Shown: one piece after another, positions 7,368 through 16,323 of the stretch
Position numbering within the stretch: the stretch's first letter is position 1
Layout: every line of letters starts with the position of its first letter
IMG/VR virus record: IMGVR_UViG_3300031420_000399
Direction: 5' to 3' (one strand)
DNA length: 64,000 bases
Origin: a virus
Taxonomy: Duplodnaviria > Heunggongvirae > Uroviricota > Caudoviricetes
Program-made: the position numbers and the translations under genes
The notes under the pieces: model-generated
Seen by the model: only the letters and a program-made list of their open reading frames with translations
Database searches by the model: none
Told to the model about the DNA's origin: nothing

Positions 7368-8311
7368 ATCGGGGACTGAAGATCACAGCGGCCATCGTTC
7401 TGGCAGCCTCCCTGGGCTTCGGAGCCTACGAAGCCTACTCGGCTCAGCTCGTCGGTGTTCAGCTCTCACAGGTCAAGAAGCGCACCGCTGACAGCGCTGT
7501 TGCCTTCGGCGGCTGGCAGGCCACCGGCAAGGACACCCAGAAGGCCCTCGAGGAAGAAGAGGCCCGAACAAAGTCACTCCAGGATGCATCCACTGCCCGC
7601 TCGGAGTTCGACACCGCGCTCGAATCGGTCAAGGGAGAGCTCAACGCTGCATCTGGTAGGGCTGACATTTCGGCCGAACAGCAGAGGATCATCGCTGCCC
7701 AGAAGCAGGCCATCGATCACTACTCTGACGCGGGTGTGATCCGTGCTCAGGTTGCCGAGCTCAACGCCGTTGCAAGCGAGCTCAAGGCCAAGAGCGGGGG
7801 AGCCGACCGTAAGGCTGCTCCCGCTTCCAGCGTTGTCACAGCTGCAGACAAGCCTTCAGCTCCTATCTCAGCCCCGCGCCAGGTGGCCGCTCCAGCTACC
7901 CCAGCTGCGCCTCCTGCGCCCGTGGATTGGCTGGCCGACATGCGTGCACGGCTCACGGCTGTCGGCGGTGGGTCTGCGCACCTGGAGGAGTTCGATGGCA
8001 ACTGCAGTGGCGTTCGGGCTGTCGCCTGCTCCTTCCCCGGCGGGCTCATCAAGGTGTCCAGTGAGATCTCATCCTGGTCGTCGGCGGCAAAGGATACCGT
8101 CCTGGTCCACGAGCTCGCCCATCAGCAGCAGTTCCCCATCATGGACCAGATCAAGGCGTCGGCCGGCTATCAGTCGCTCTTTCAGAGCAATGTCGAGCTC
8201 CTGGCAAACTGCATGGCCACCGCCAGGGGCTACACCGCCCACGGAGTGAGCTGCTCTCAGCCCCAGGTCGAGTGGGCTCGCTCGATCTGGAACGGCGTGG
8301 TTCCCGGCTGA
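7364..8311 (+). CDS. membrane-anchored Ala/Pro-rich protein with HEXXH zincin-like motif (HELAHQQQ; DUF4157-like)
   Basis: GTG start overlaps upstream stop (GTGA); N-terminal TM helix; C-terminal Cys-containing domain with VLVHELAHQQQ. Confidence 0.5.
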   Translation: MNRGLKITAAIVLAASLGFGAYEAYSAQLVGVQLSQVKKRTADSAVAFGGWQATGKDTQKALEEEEARTKSLQDASTARSEFDTALESVKGELNAASGRADISAEQQRIIAAQKQAIDHYSDAGVIRAQVAELNAVASELKAKSGGADRKAAPASSVVTAADKPSAPISAPRQVAAPATPAAPPAPVDWLADMRARLTAVGGGSAHLEEFDGNCSGVRAVACSFPGGLIKVSSEISSWSSAAKDTVLVHELAHQQQFPIMDQIKASAGYQSLFQSNVELLANCMATARGYTAHGVSCSQPQVEWARSIWNGVVPG

Positions 8312-8362
8312 TCTTCAGCCCTCAGACTTTCTACCCAACCCATTCACAGAAAAGAGAGATCC

Positions 8363-8668
8363 ATGGCTGCATTGGACATCATGGTCAATGAGACCGCAGA
8401 AGACGCTGGAGTTTCACCGGAGGTGGTTCGCTCTGCCCTGGCCAAGGGGATCAGCTTTGTCCCCGAGGGAGTGAAGCTCACCAAGGACAACCTGCGACCT
8501 GCGCTCGATGCAACCCGTGCCCTCGGCGATGCCGTTAGCCCCGAAGAGCACCGAGTCTTGGATACCCTGAGCCGGGAGCTCGACTCCATGGGTCGCCTCA
8601 AGTCCCTCGCTGTCTTCGCTGTCATCAACTCGAGCATCGGCGATCTTCGCGCTCAGCTCAAGGGCTAA
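8363..8668 (+). CDS. hypothetical protein (101 aa)
   Basis: ORF preceded by AG-rich stretch aaagagagatccATG. Confidence 0.5.
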   Translation: MAALDIMVNETAEDAGVSPEVVRSALAKGISFVPEGVKLTKDNLRPALDATRALGDAVSPEEHRVLDTLSRELDSMGRLKSLAVFAVINSSIGDLRAQLKG

Positions 8669-8720
8669 TACCGTTCTACAGCGATAGTCGGACCCAACGA
8701 CTCTCGAAAGGAAGGTCCTC

Positions 8721-9029
8721 ATGGACGACGACTTCGTACAGGAGCTCTCTAAGCTCAACTTCAAGCTCACCAGGCAGGTCGGCAAGACCCTGAGCATCGC
8801 AACCAACTGGGAGTCCTCGGCTCGGAGCTACAGCGCGCTCCAGGGTGGCATCCTAGAGTACTTCCTCCTCAACATGCAGTCGAGGAAGCTCGATCTTCGG
8901 ATCTCCGGTGTGACCCTCGCCACCATCGACCTCAACGATCCCGATCTTCCCGTGAAGCTCTCGGCCCCGAAGGCCGACGGCTCAGGAACTGAGATCTTCA
9001 TCGATGGCAAGGCAGCCGAAGAGCGCTAG
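8721..9029 (+). CDS. hypothetical protein (102 aa)
   Basis: Shine-Dalgarno GAAAGGAAGG 6 nt upstream of ATG. Confidence 0.55.
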   Translation: MDDDFVQELSKLNFKLTRQVGKTLSIATNWESSARSYSALQGGILEYFLLNMQSRKLDLRISGVTLATIDLNDPDLPVKLSAPKADGSGTEIFIDGKAAEER

Positions 9030-9046
9030 TCGAGCGGTAAGTTCTC

Positions 9047-9082
9047 GGGCCCCGGTTGCAGCTTCGGTTGCAATCGGGGCCC
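9047..9082 (+). terminator. 14-bp hairpin GGGCCCCGGTTGCA/TGCAATCGGGGCCC (one G-U) overlapping the -35 of the next promoter
   Basis: after gene 8721-9029. Confidence 0.45.
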
Positions 9083-9096
9083 TCTTCGTGTATGGT
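9068..9096 (+). promoter_or_regulatory. promoter: TTGCAA-17-tgTATGGT for the paralog-array operon (ATG 9106)
   Basis: -35 embedded in hairpin 9047-9082. Confidence 0.55.
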
Positions 9097-9105
9097 TTTA
9101 AGTGA

Positions 9106-9681
9106 ATGGACCACACCACGACAGAAAGAGGCTCCATGGACACCGCAGAAATTCGGGCCGAAAGCATCTGGTCTCAGCTCAAGCAGGATGCCGTCGGAAG
9201 CCGCCAGACCAACCCGGTCCGTCAGCTCGCCAGGCTCATCGATCAGGCCGCCGTGGTTCGCACCGCGGGCGCAGCCGGCGCCGACCAGGACTTCGCGGAT
9301 GTGGGGTTCTTCCAGGTCTCTGCGGTCGACCCGGAGGATGGCCGAGAGCTCGTCACCGCCACCGAGCTCACAGAGGCTGTGGGCCTTGCCCTCGAGTTCG
9401 GCCACGGTGAGTTCTCCGATCTTTCTCTGGAGCGCCTCCAGGGAGGCCCTTCCTACATCGAACTCGGCGCCTGGATCGGAGATCAGGGCCGTGCCATCAA
9501 GCTCATCGGCCTCGGTGGGGCGCTCGGGCTCTGGGATGTCATCACTCCCCAGACCCTGGGCGTCACCGGCGACGAGGCAGGCAAGCTCATGGGGATGGGT
9601 ATGCTCTTCCCCGCCCCCAAGGCTGAATCTCCTCTGGCCTTCTGGTTCGAAGCCCGTTCGACGGCTGGTGAAACCAAGTGA
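9106..9681 (+). CDS. hypothetical protein (191 aa), first gene of the paralog-array operon
   Basis: near-leaderless ATG after tgTATGGT (9091-9096). Confidence 0.55.
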   Translation: MDHTTTERGSMDTAEIRAESIWSQLKQDAVGSRQTNPVRQLARLIDQAAVVRTAGAAGADQDFADVGFFQVSAVDPEDGRELVTATELTEAVGLALEFGHGEFSDLSLERLQGGPSYIELGAWIGDQGRAIKLIGLGGALGLWDVITPQTLGVTGDEAGKLMGMGMLFPAPKAESPLAFWFEARSTAGETK

Positions 9682-9971
9682 TCGGCGTGGTCGAACAGAA
9701 CGAGAAGCCACTGGAGAACTTCGACAGCGCGAAGGAGCTCTATCTTGCTCTCCGGGAGCACATCGGCAAGATCGTCTCCATCCGCCGTCGAGTCACCGAA
9801 CGCTCCGGCGTCCTTTGTCGGGTCAAGTACGACCGCGAAGACGATGCGGTGACCTTCAGCCTCGGTTCGGACATGATGCTCGAGGTCAACAAGCTCCATC
9901 GGATCGAAGTCAACATCGATGGCACCTGGAAGCTCATCAACCCCGGCCACCCGAACAATCTGGAGCTCTGA
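9678..9971 (+). CDS. small paralog-family protein P1 (97 aa)
   Basis: GTG start overlaps upstream stop (GTGA); begins MIGV like P3 and P5. Confidence 0.55.
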   Translation: MIGVVEQNEKPLENFDSAKELYLALREHIGKIVSIRRRVTERSGVLCRVKYDREDDAVTFSLGSDMMLEVNKLHRIEVNIDGTWKLINPGHPNNLEL

Positions 9972-9978
9972 CCACAGA

Positions 9979-10350
9979 ATGATCTCCCTGAACGAAGAGG
10001 AGCAGTTTCTCATCAGCTCCCAGCGAGATGTAACCCTGCTCCTTGAACCCTACTACGGCCGGGTGATCAAGGTCGAGCGACTCCACAGGGAAAGCAGCAG
10101 GCTGATCTCGAACCTCTACATCGGTCGCATCGAGTTCCTTTCCCACCTTGGGAAAGAAGCTCAGGTGGGCGTGAAGAGCTACAGCCTGTCTACGATCAGG
10201 CTCACCGGCTACAACGAGGATCTCTGGATCTGGCCTCCGCAGAGCCGCATCTCTCTGCTCCAGGAAGATCTCGGTCAGTGGAAGGTCATCTACCAGGGCG
10301 AAAAGTGGGAAGACACCCATCCAGAGCTCGCGAAGAAGGAAAGCGCATGA
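9979..10350 (+). CDS. small paralog-family protein P2 (123 aa)
   Basis: C-terminal motif QEDLGQWKVIYQGEKW shared with P3, P4, P5. Confidence 0.55.
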   Translation: MISLNEEEQFLISSQRDVTLLLEPYYGRVIKVERLHRESSRLISNLYIGRIEFLSHLGKEAQVGVKSYSLSTIRLTGYNEDLWIWPPQSRISLLQEDLGQWKVIYQGEKWEDTHPELAKKESA

Positions 10351-10781
10351 TCGGCGTCAGCGAAGACCAGGAAGCTCAAGTCAAGGCCAACCTCGACGAG
10401 CTCCACCGCAGTATCCTCGGATTCTACGGCCGTGTGCTTCAGGTGAGAACCAGGCGTCTGGACTTCGACTACGGCTACAGCTACGACGGCTACGCTGACG
10501 ATCCCAGCTATGTGGACCACATCTACGAGAACAGCTCCGGCAAGATCGTGGGCGTGAATCTCAGTAGCCGGTATCGTACGGGCACATCCCAGGACTTGGC
10601 CACCGCAGAGCTTCGCTACAAGTTCCTCGAAGTCATCCTCGAGGGTGGCCAGAAGCTCTCGGTGGAGCTCGATTCCAGCGAGCTCTCGGTGCTCCAGGAA
10701 GATACGGGCCAGTGGAAGCTGGTCCATCGGGGCAACGGTTGGAAAGAGCCGTCCACCAACGACAAGAAGGACACACAGTGA
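10347..10781 (+). CDS. small paralog-family protein P3 (144 aa)
   Basis: ATGA overlap with P2; motif QEDTGQWKLVHRGNGW. Confidence 0.6.
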   Translation: MIGVSEDQEAQVKANLDELHRSILGFYGRVLQVRTRRLDFDYGYSYDGYADDPSYVDHIYENSSGKIVGVNLSSRYRTGTSQDLATAELRYKFLEVILEGGQKLSVELDSSELSVLQEDTGQWKLVHRGNGWKEPSTNDKKDTQ

Positions 10782-11224
10782 TCGACCTCGACCAGCAGAG
10801 CTCAGAGGGAGTTTTCAGCGAGAGCTCCAACTTGCAGGATGTCTATCGGATGTTCACGGGCTACTACGGTAGGACCCTGAAGGTCAGCTCCTCTAGCGCT
10901 CGAACAGAGTATGGCTACCTCACGGAGGAAGTGAAGAAGAGGAACCCCAGAGATCTCATGAGAAGCGTCGAGGAAGTCGTAGCAACTCTGACTGAGATCC
11001 AGCTCGTAGCCCGGGGCAATAGCGGCTTCGGTGGCTCTTCTCCTCGCCGGATCCCCGGCGCAGTTAAGCTCGGCCTTCGGAATCGGGAGCCCCTCGATGT
11101 GCTCTCATCCGGCAATCGCATCGAGGTATTCCAGGAAGACATTGGCCAGTGGAAGCTCCTGTTCCAGGGGAGCGCCTGGTCCGACTACAGCGATGCTGGA
11201 ATCTATCGAGGAGGTAGACTGTGA
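10778..11224 (+). CDS. small paralog-family protein P4 (148 aa)
   Basis: GTGA overlap; motif QEDIGQWKLLFQGSAW. Confidence 0.55.
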   Translation: MIDLDQQSSEGVFSESSNLQDVYRMFTGYYGRTLKVSSSSARTEYGYLTEEVKKRNPRDLMRSVEEVVATLTEIQLVARGNSGFGGSSPRRIPGAVKLGLRNREPLDVLSSGNRIEVFQEDIGQWKLLFQGSAWSDYSDAGIYRGGRL

Positions 11225-11541
11225 TCGGCGTGGCCGAAGAGAAGGTGGAGATCGAGAGTAGCTCCAAGCCCAGGCGAGTCCATCGGCTGCTGGAGCTGCA
11301 AATCGGCCGTATTCTGCGCTTTGAGCTCGACGACAGGAGCTGGGGAGTCTCCGTGACCAGTGGGAAGCTCCTTGGAGTTTCGCTCAGCGGAGATGACATC
11401 GAGCTCAAGATCAGGGGCTTCGACCGCATCGAGTACGATCCTGAAGAGTACTCGGCCCAGATTTCAGTGTTCCAGAAGGACACCGGCAAGTGGAAGAAGA
11501 TCTACAGGAGCAAGGGCTGGGAGAAGGGACTCGGACTGTGA
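11221..11541 (+). CDS. small paralog-family protein P5 (106 aa)
   Basis: GTGA overlap; MIGV start; motif QKDTGKWKKIYRSKGW. Confidence 0.6.
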   Translation: MIGVAEEKVEIESSSKPRRVHRLLELQIGRILRFELDDRSWGVSVTSGKLLGVSLSGDDIELKIRGFDRIEYDPEEYSAQISVFQKDTGKWKKIYRSKGWEKGLGL

Positions 11542-11918
11542 TTGCGATCTCAAACGATAGCTCCATCGCTACGACAGCGGGCTCGAAGCGCGAGCTCAGG
11601 GACTGGCTGGCTCCCTGCTTCGATCGGCTGGTCAGGGTGAGCTACATCGCCAGCAAGGAACATGAACCCATCGTCATCAAGCAGCGCACCGGACGCATGG
11701 CCGAGCTGCGCTACATCGGTGGCTACAGCTCCCAGATGGTCTACAGCGACGAGCTCAGCAAGCTCAGCCTCCGCTTCAGAGGTGAGGAGTCAGCCGATGA
11801 GCTCCTCATCGTGGAGTCAGATACGGTTGAGATCTTCCAGGAAGACAGTTCATCCTGGAAAATGCTCCACTGCTCTCCTCGCATCGGGGAGCTCATCCTG
11901 AAGGGGTTCGAGCTGTGA
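11538..11918 (+). CDS. small paralog-family protein P6 (126 aa)
   Basis: GTGA overlap; motif FQEDSSSWKMLHC. Confidence 0.5.
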   Translation: MIAISNDSSIATTAGSKRELRDWLAPCFDRLVRVSYIASKEHEPIVIKQRTGRMAELRYIGGYSSQMVYSDELSKLSLRFRGEESADELLIVESDTVEIFQEDSSSWKMLHCSPRIGELILKGFEL

Positions 11919-12301
11919 TCTCAGTCGAAGAGGTAGGAACCGAACCCAATCAGAGGCCATCAGGACGGAGGGCTTCGAGCATCCCCGAGCTTCGCACCCT
12001 GCTCTTCGCGCTGGGCTACAGTGTCCATGTGGTGACGACGGGCCAGCGGGGCTGGGAGAGCGGCAGTAAGATCGAGCACATCGGCACCCTTACAGGCGCT
12101 CGCAGTAATCCCGTCGGCCGCTCAGGCTCCAATGATGTGCTCATCTATCTCACCCTGACGATGGGCTCTGCGAGCTCAATCGAGCTGGAACTCAGAGAGG
12201 GCGATCAGATCACCATCGCTGGCTTCACTCGAGTCCTCCACAGAGACATGCAGCCACTCAACCAGAAGACAGCTAAGATCGCACTGAGCATCGTTCCCTG
12301 A
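11915..12301 (+). CDS. small protein P7 (128 aa), last gene of coupled array
   Basis: GTGA overlap; begins MISV; more divergent C-terminus. Confidence 0.5.
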   Translation: MISVEEVGTEPNQRPSGRRASSIPELRTLLFALGYSVHVVTTGQRGWESGSKIEHIGTLTGARSNPVGRSGSNDVLIYLTLTMGSASSIELELREGDQITIAGFTRVLHRDMQPLNQKTAKIALSIVP

Positions 12302-12309
12302 TCTGGGGA

Positions 12310-12338
12310 TTGCGGTTTGCGCTCTCCCGATGTAGGAT
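12310..12338 (+). promoter_or_regulatory. promoter: TTGCGG-17-tgTAGGAT (ATG 12379)
   Basis: family consensus. Confidence 0.55.
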
Positions 12339-12378
12339 CGAATCGATACCAGTAGGACAACTCAAAGATCGGAATCCG

Positions 12379-12654
12379 ATGAACAAGCGCACCCTCTCTG
12401 TAGCAGCCGGTGCCATCCTAGTCACCCTGGGCCTCACTGGCTGTTCAGCCGGCTCCGCCAACGGTGGATCCACAGACCCTGAGATCAACGCTCAGCTCAC
12501 GCCCTCCACCCACTACAGCTTCGTCCAGGAGCTCCAGGATGGCCGTAAGGTGCTCTGTGTCTGGGCAAAGGATGGCTACGGCGGAGGGCTTTCCTGTGAC
12601 TGGGACTCCATCTCCACCAAGGGCGACAAGAAGGAGGCCACCGATGGCGAATGA
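12379..12654 (+). CDS. small lipoprotein (91 aa)
   Basis: signal peptide with lipobox LTGC; the track's TTG start at 12310 lies in the -35 of promoter 12310-12338. Confidence 0.6.
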   Translation: MNKRTLSVAAGAILVTLGLTGCSAGSANGGSTDPEINAQLTPSTHYSFVQELQDGRKVLCVWAKDGYGGGLSCDWDSISTKGDKKEATDGE

Positions 12655-13438
12655 GCAGAAGCTCGCAGAGCTGCAGTCAGTCCGATCGGAGCTCAAGGAG
12701 CTCAAAGCAATTCCCTACCCTCCCAAGGGTAGCCCAGAGCTTCAGTCTCACAACGACGAGCTCCGCAGGCTCATGGAGCTCTCCTGGAAGCTGGAGAAGG
12801 AGGCCTACTTCAGCCTTGAGCTCCCCGAAGAGCTGGAGCTCGAGGACTTCTCCCTCGAAGAGCTCCTGGAGCTCGAAAGCCAGATCAGCGCTCGAGAGCT
12901 CAGGGCGATTCAGGATCCCCTGGATGACCCTGCGGAAGAGACGCTTCGAGCTGCCCGGGCAAAGGCGCTCCGGGAGCAGCTTCAGGCTGTCAGCAAGCAG
13001 GTTGCAGCCGTTCGTAGGCGCGACTTCGATCCTCAGCCCGGCGAAGCTCCTGGCTATGAGGAACGGGGCTACAGTGCCGCTCCGGGCTTTGTCAAGTCCA
13101 ATCCTGCCAACAATGACTTCTATGTGGAGCAGTTCAAGGATGATCCCTGGTACCCCGCCATCAAGCACGCCCACGAGCAGCTCTCTGGGTTGATCCCGGG
13201 CTACAACATCTCTCAGATCAAGGAGAAATTCGGCGGCCTGCGCTACTACATCAGCTACCCCGAGGAGTATCCCGCCAACCCGGAGAACTACGACTGGAAG
13301 TCCCCCGAAGAGCTCCGCCGCAGGGCAGCTGCGATTATTACCTGGGCCGAGGGCTGGGTTGACGGCTATGAGCACGCACAGCGTGAGCTCCGAGCCAAGG
13401 CTGATGCCGAATCCGAAGGAGAGACTGAAGATGACTGA
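12644..13438 (+). CDS. acidic coiled-coil protein (264 aa)
   Basis: SD AAGGAGG 6 nt upstream of ATG 12644, inside the end of the upstream gene. Confidence 0.6.
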   Translation: MANEQKLAELQSVRSELKELKAIPYPPKGSPELQSHNDELRRLMELSWKLEKEAYFSLELPEELELEDFSLEELLELESQISARELRAIQDPLDDPAEETLRAARAKALREQLQAVSKQVAAVRRRDFDPQPGEAPGYEERGYSAAPGFVKSNPANNDFYVEQFKDDPWYPAIKHAHEQLSGLIPGYNISQIKEKFGGLRYYISYPEEYPANPENYDWKSPEELRRRAAAIITWAEGWVDGYEHAQRELRAKADAESEGETEDD

Positions 13439-13814
13439 AGTGGTGCGAACGCCGATCCTCAACGCCACGGGTAAGCCCGTAGAGCGCATCCTCGCCATGG
13501 TCGATGATCGGGGACTGGTCTCCGCCTCTGTGCACCTGGGCAACTACCGCTTCGATGAGACCCGGGTGCTCTTTCAGGCGAAGGCTGGAGTTCACTACCA
13601 GCTCGCCCCCGAGCCTCTCGGCGACGAAGCAGTTCCCATGATCGGGCTCCTCTGGGACGAGGAGAAGGCCGAGGCAGTGTTCAGCAGAGGAGAAGTTGCT
13701 CCCTGGGTTCACTGCGCCCTTGAGCCGGACGGCGGCTACCTAGCTGAGCTTGAGATCGATGGAGGTTTCACCGTCATGGGGGTGGGGGCCAATCGGTCCT
13801 CTTCGGGAGCATGA
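13431..13814 (+). CDS. hypothetical protein (127 aa)
   Basis: ATG overlaps upstream stop (ATGACTGA); SD GGAGAG. Confidence 0.5.
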   Translation: MTEVVRTPILNATGKPVERILAMVDDRGLVSASVHLGNYRFDETRVLFQAKAGVHYQLAPEPLGDEAVPMIGLLWDEEKAEAVFSRGEVAPWVHCALEPDGGYLAELEIDGGFTVMGVGANRSSSGA

Positions 13815-14149
13815 CAGTAGTTCGCTATCCCCGGCGGGACCTGATGGTGCTCAGAGTCGAGGGCTCTTCTCCTGAGTCGGTGCTGAGCTTCCTTCGGCTC
13901 AACAGCCCCCATAAGCACTACGAGATCATCGCCGAGCCCAGCTCCGAACACGCGACTCTTCGAGTACAGAACAGCTTGGATCGAGGTACGATCATCGGCC
14001 TTCTTCCCTCCACCGTGATCGTCCGGGACCTGGATAAGAGCGATGTGGAGTTCGTCTACAGCGCAGAGCGACTCCTTGAGCTCGGCATCAACAGCCAGAT
14101 CCTCGATGAGCTCATAGAGGCCCAGCGGAAGATCGAAGGCAGAAACTGA
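13811..14149 (+). CDS. hypothetical protein (112 aa)
   Basis: ATGA overlap with upstream gene. Confidence 0.5.
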   Translation: MTVVRYPRRDLMVLRVEGSSPESVLSFLRLNSPHKHYEIIAEPSSEHATLRVQNSLDRGTIIGLLPSTVIVRDLDKSDVEFVYSAERLLELGINSQILDELIEAQRKIEGRN

Positions 14150-14421
14150 TGGCGGCTTTCAGCAAGGAGCGAAGCTACTCCGACCGGGCTGGCAGGAGCC
14201 TCGTGCTCAGGAGCGAGAGGGATGTGGCCCCAGATGGCCGGTGGGTCATCGGACTCAGACTCTACGAGAAGCGGCTATTCGGTAAGAGGCTGATCGACAG
14301 CAGAGACTTCAAGAAGTCAAAGCAGTGGCCTTCTTCTGCCATCGGGCTCCTACAGGCCCAGGAAGAGCTCGATCTCCTCAGGGACGCGGGCGTGGAGATC
14401 GAACTCACTAGCCTGATCTGA
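14149..14421 (+). CDS. hypothetical protein (90 aa)
   Basis: TGATG overlap with upstream gene. Confidence 0.45.
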   Translation: MAAFSKERSYSDRAGRSLVLRSERDVAPDGRWVIGLRLYEKRLFGKRLIDSRDFKKSKQWPSSAIGLLQAQEELDLLRDAGVEIELTSLI

Positions 14422-14518
14422 TTTCTCACCTCCTCCGGATAGCAGCCCGCCTAATCGATAGTGGCCACATCGACTGAGGTCGAAGTCTTACTCACTTCAC
14501 AGCGGAGCGTAGTGGCCC

Positions 14519-15877
14519 ATGGTCAAAAGCAACAGTAAAATCCTCGCAGTAGCACTCTGTGCAGTTACCCTCGGAGGATTGGCCATCGTCCCCAGTGCGT
14601 CGGCCTCAGACATCCTCGGTAGCAGCTTCATGGTCAAGGCCACGAACAAGCAGGAGAACCAGTTCTTCGGTATCCGCGGCTACAAGGCCCCGGGCAAGGG
14701 CGATGGTAGCGGAAGTGGCTCAGGATCCACACCCGGCGGCGGCACAGGGGATACCCCGGGCGGATCTGGTGGGAGTACTGGTGGCACTTCGCCTGGCGGA
14801 GGATCGGGTGGCACCGTAGGTGATACGGGCGATGGCTCAGATCCCAGCGGGCTTCCATACACTGGAGATCAGGGAGCAACCCGGGCGAACACCACAGCCG
14901 GCTACTGGAGTAGCATGGCCTACGGCGCTGGCAAGTACCTCGCAGTGAGCTACATCGGCGATAGCACTTTGAGCTCAACCGATGAGGGCAAGAGCTGGAA
15001 GACCGATCCTCTTCCCTCGGGCAACTGGAACGGGGTCGCCTTCGGCAACGGACGGTTCGTAGCTGTCGCTCAGGCCGAGAGCGGAGATCCAGCAGTCGGC
15101 GGCCAGATCGCCACATCAACGGACGGGGTTAGCTGGACAGTCAGGAGAACTCCTGGCTACAGCTATCAGAGCGTAGCCTACGCAAACGGTATCTTCGTGG
15201 CAGTGGGCAATGACTCCAGCCAGGCAGTGATCCAGACCTCCACGGATGGTTCGGGATGGACTGACAGGAGCCTCCCCACCGGCTTCATCGACAGTAGCCA
15301 CGAGGGCACCATGATCCTTGCCCGGGTTCAGTTTGTGAATGGTCAGTTCTATGCTGAAAGCGGGCTCGGCCTCGACCCGAACGATGGTCAGTACTCCCGG
15401 AGTGCGCTCCTCATCAGGTCCACTGACGGCAAGAGCTGGAGCACTACCAAGGCCCTTCCTGGCACCTCAGCCGGTTGGACCATGATCGGCAACGGCATCA
15501 CCAGCTACAGCCGGGACAAGATCGTCAAGACATCCTCGGGGCTCATCCACACGGCTCTGTCATTGGACGGAAACGGTTCTGATTTCTTCAGATCCACCGA
15601 CGGCGGTAACAGCTGGACCAAGTTCACGCCGACTGGTCTTCCGGCGATGGTGACTCCACAGTTCGCTTCGGGCAACACGATCTTCGCTTACTCTCCGGTG
15701 GAAGACAACATCCAGTTCTACAGCTCCACTGATGGAGGCTACAGCTGGAACCAGGTGGTTGATGGCTATCTGACGAGCGGATTCGGCTTCCGCAATGAGT
15801 TCGCCAGCGCTACCCACGGCAACTGCACCGTGTCGATTCCCATGGCTAGCTCTTCGGCTTTCCGCTACTGCAGCTGA
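14519..15877 (+). CDS. secreted BNR/Asp-box repeat protein (sialidase-like beta-propeller), 452 aa
   Basis: signal peptide; Gly/Ser/Thr-rich linker; at least 6 Asp-box motifs (STDGVSW, STDGSGW, STDGKSW, STDGGNSW, STDGGYSW, TDEGKSW). Confidence 0.7.
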   Translation: MVKSNSKILAVALCAVTLGGLAIVPSASASDILGSSFMVKATNKQENQFFGIRGYKAPGKGDGSGSGSGSTPGGGTGDTPGGSGGSTGGTSPGGGSGGTVGDTGDGSDPSGLPYTGDQGATRANTTAGYWSSMAYGAGKYLAVSYIGDSTLSSTDEGKSWKTDPLPSGNWNGVAFGNGRFVAVAQAESGDPAVGGQIATSTDGVSWTVRRTPGYSYQSVAYANGIFVAVGNDSSQAVIQTSTDGSGWTDRSLPTGFIDSSHEGTMILARVQFVNGQFYAESGLGLDPNDGQYSRSALLIRSTDGKSWSTTKALPGTSAGWTMIGNGITSYSRDKIVKTSSGLIHTALSLDGNGSDFFRSTDGGNSWTKFTPTGLPAMVTPQFASGNTIFAYSPVEDNIQFYSSTDGGYSWNQVVDGYLTSGFGFRNEFASATHGNCTVSIPMASSSAFRYCS

Positions 15878-15912
15878 GATTTCAGCGGGCTGAGGAAATT
15901 TTTGGGGATCGG

Positions 15913-15940
15913 TTGCGCTTCGATAGAAAGCGTGTACAGT
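15913..15940 (+). promoter_or_regulatory. promoter: TTGCGC-16-tgTACAGT (ATG 15996)
   Basis: family consensus. Confidence 0.5.
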
Positions 15941-15995
15941 AGTGCTCACACCACAACCTCGGAGCTCACCACTCCACTGCTCAAAGGATTTCATC

Positions 15996-16163
15996 ATGGC
16001 TGCCAAGAACAAGGCCCCCAAGTACCGCGGCATCGAGAACCACAAGTACGCCGTTGAGATGCACGGCCTCCGCTCCTCCGGTGCTGCGGGCACCCACAGC
16101 AACAAGCCCAACCGTCAGCGCACCCGGGCCACCGCGAAGAAGTTCGCCATCAGCCAGGGCTGA
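15996..16163 (+). CDS. small basic protein (55 aa)
   Basis: SD AAAGGA upstream; promoter 15913-15940; perfect terminator 16179-16223 downstream. Confidence 0.5.
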   Translation: MAAKNKAPKYRGIENHKYAVEMHGLRSSGAAGTHSNKPNRQRTRATAKKFAISQG

Positions 16164-16178
16164 GCGCTCCTGACCACA

Positions 16179-16223
16179 GGGACTGCCGCCAGATTCACGC
16201 GATCTGGCGGCAGTCCCGTTTTC
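16179..16223 (+). terminator. intrinsic terminator: 16-bp perfect stem GGGACTGCCGCCAGAT/ATCTGGCGGCAGTCCC plus GTTTTC
   Basis: after gene 15996-16163. Confidence 0.75.
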
Positions 16224-16323
16224 ATATGAGCTTCCGGTGAGCTCCTTGTGGGCTCCTGCACTTCGTTACCATCTCGATATGGAAGCAGGCAATCAAAAGA
16301 GCAGCAATAGCCAGGAGAGACCT

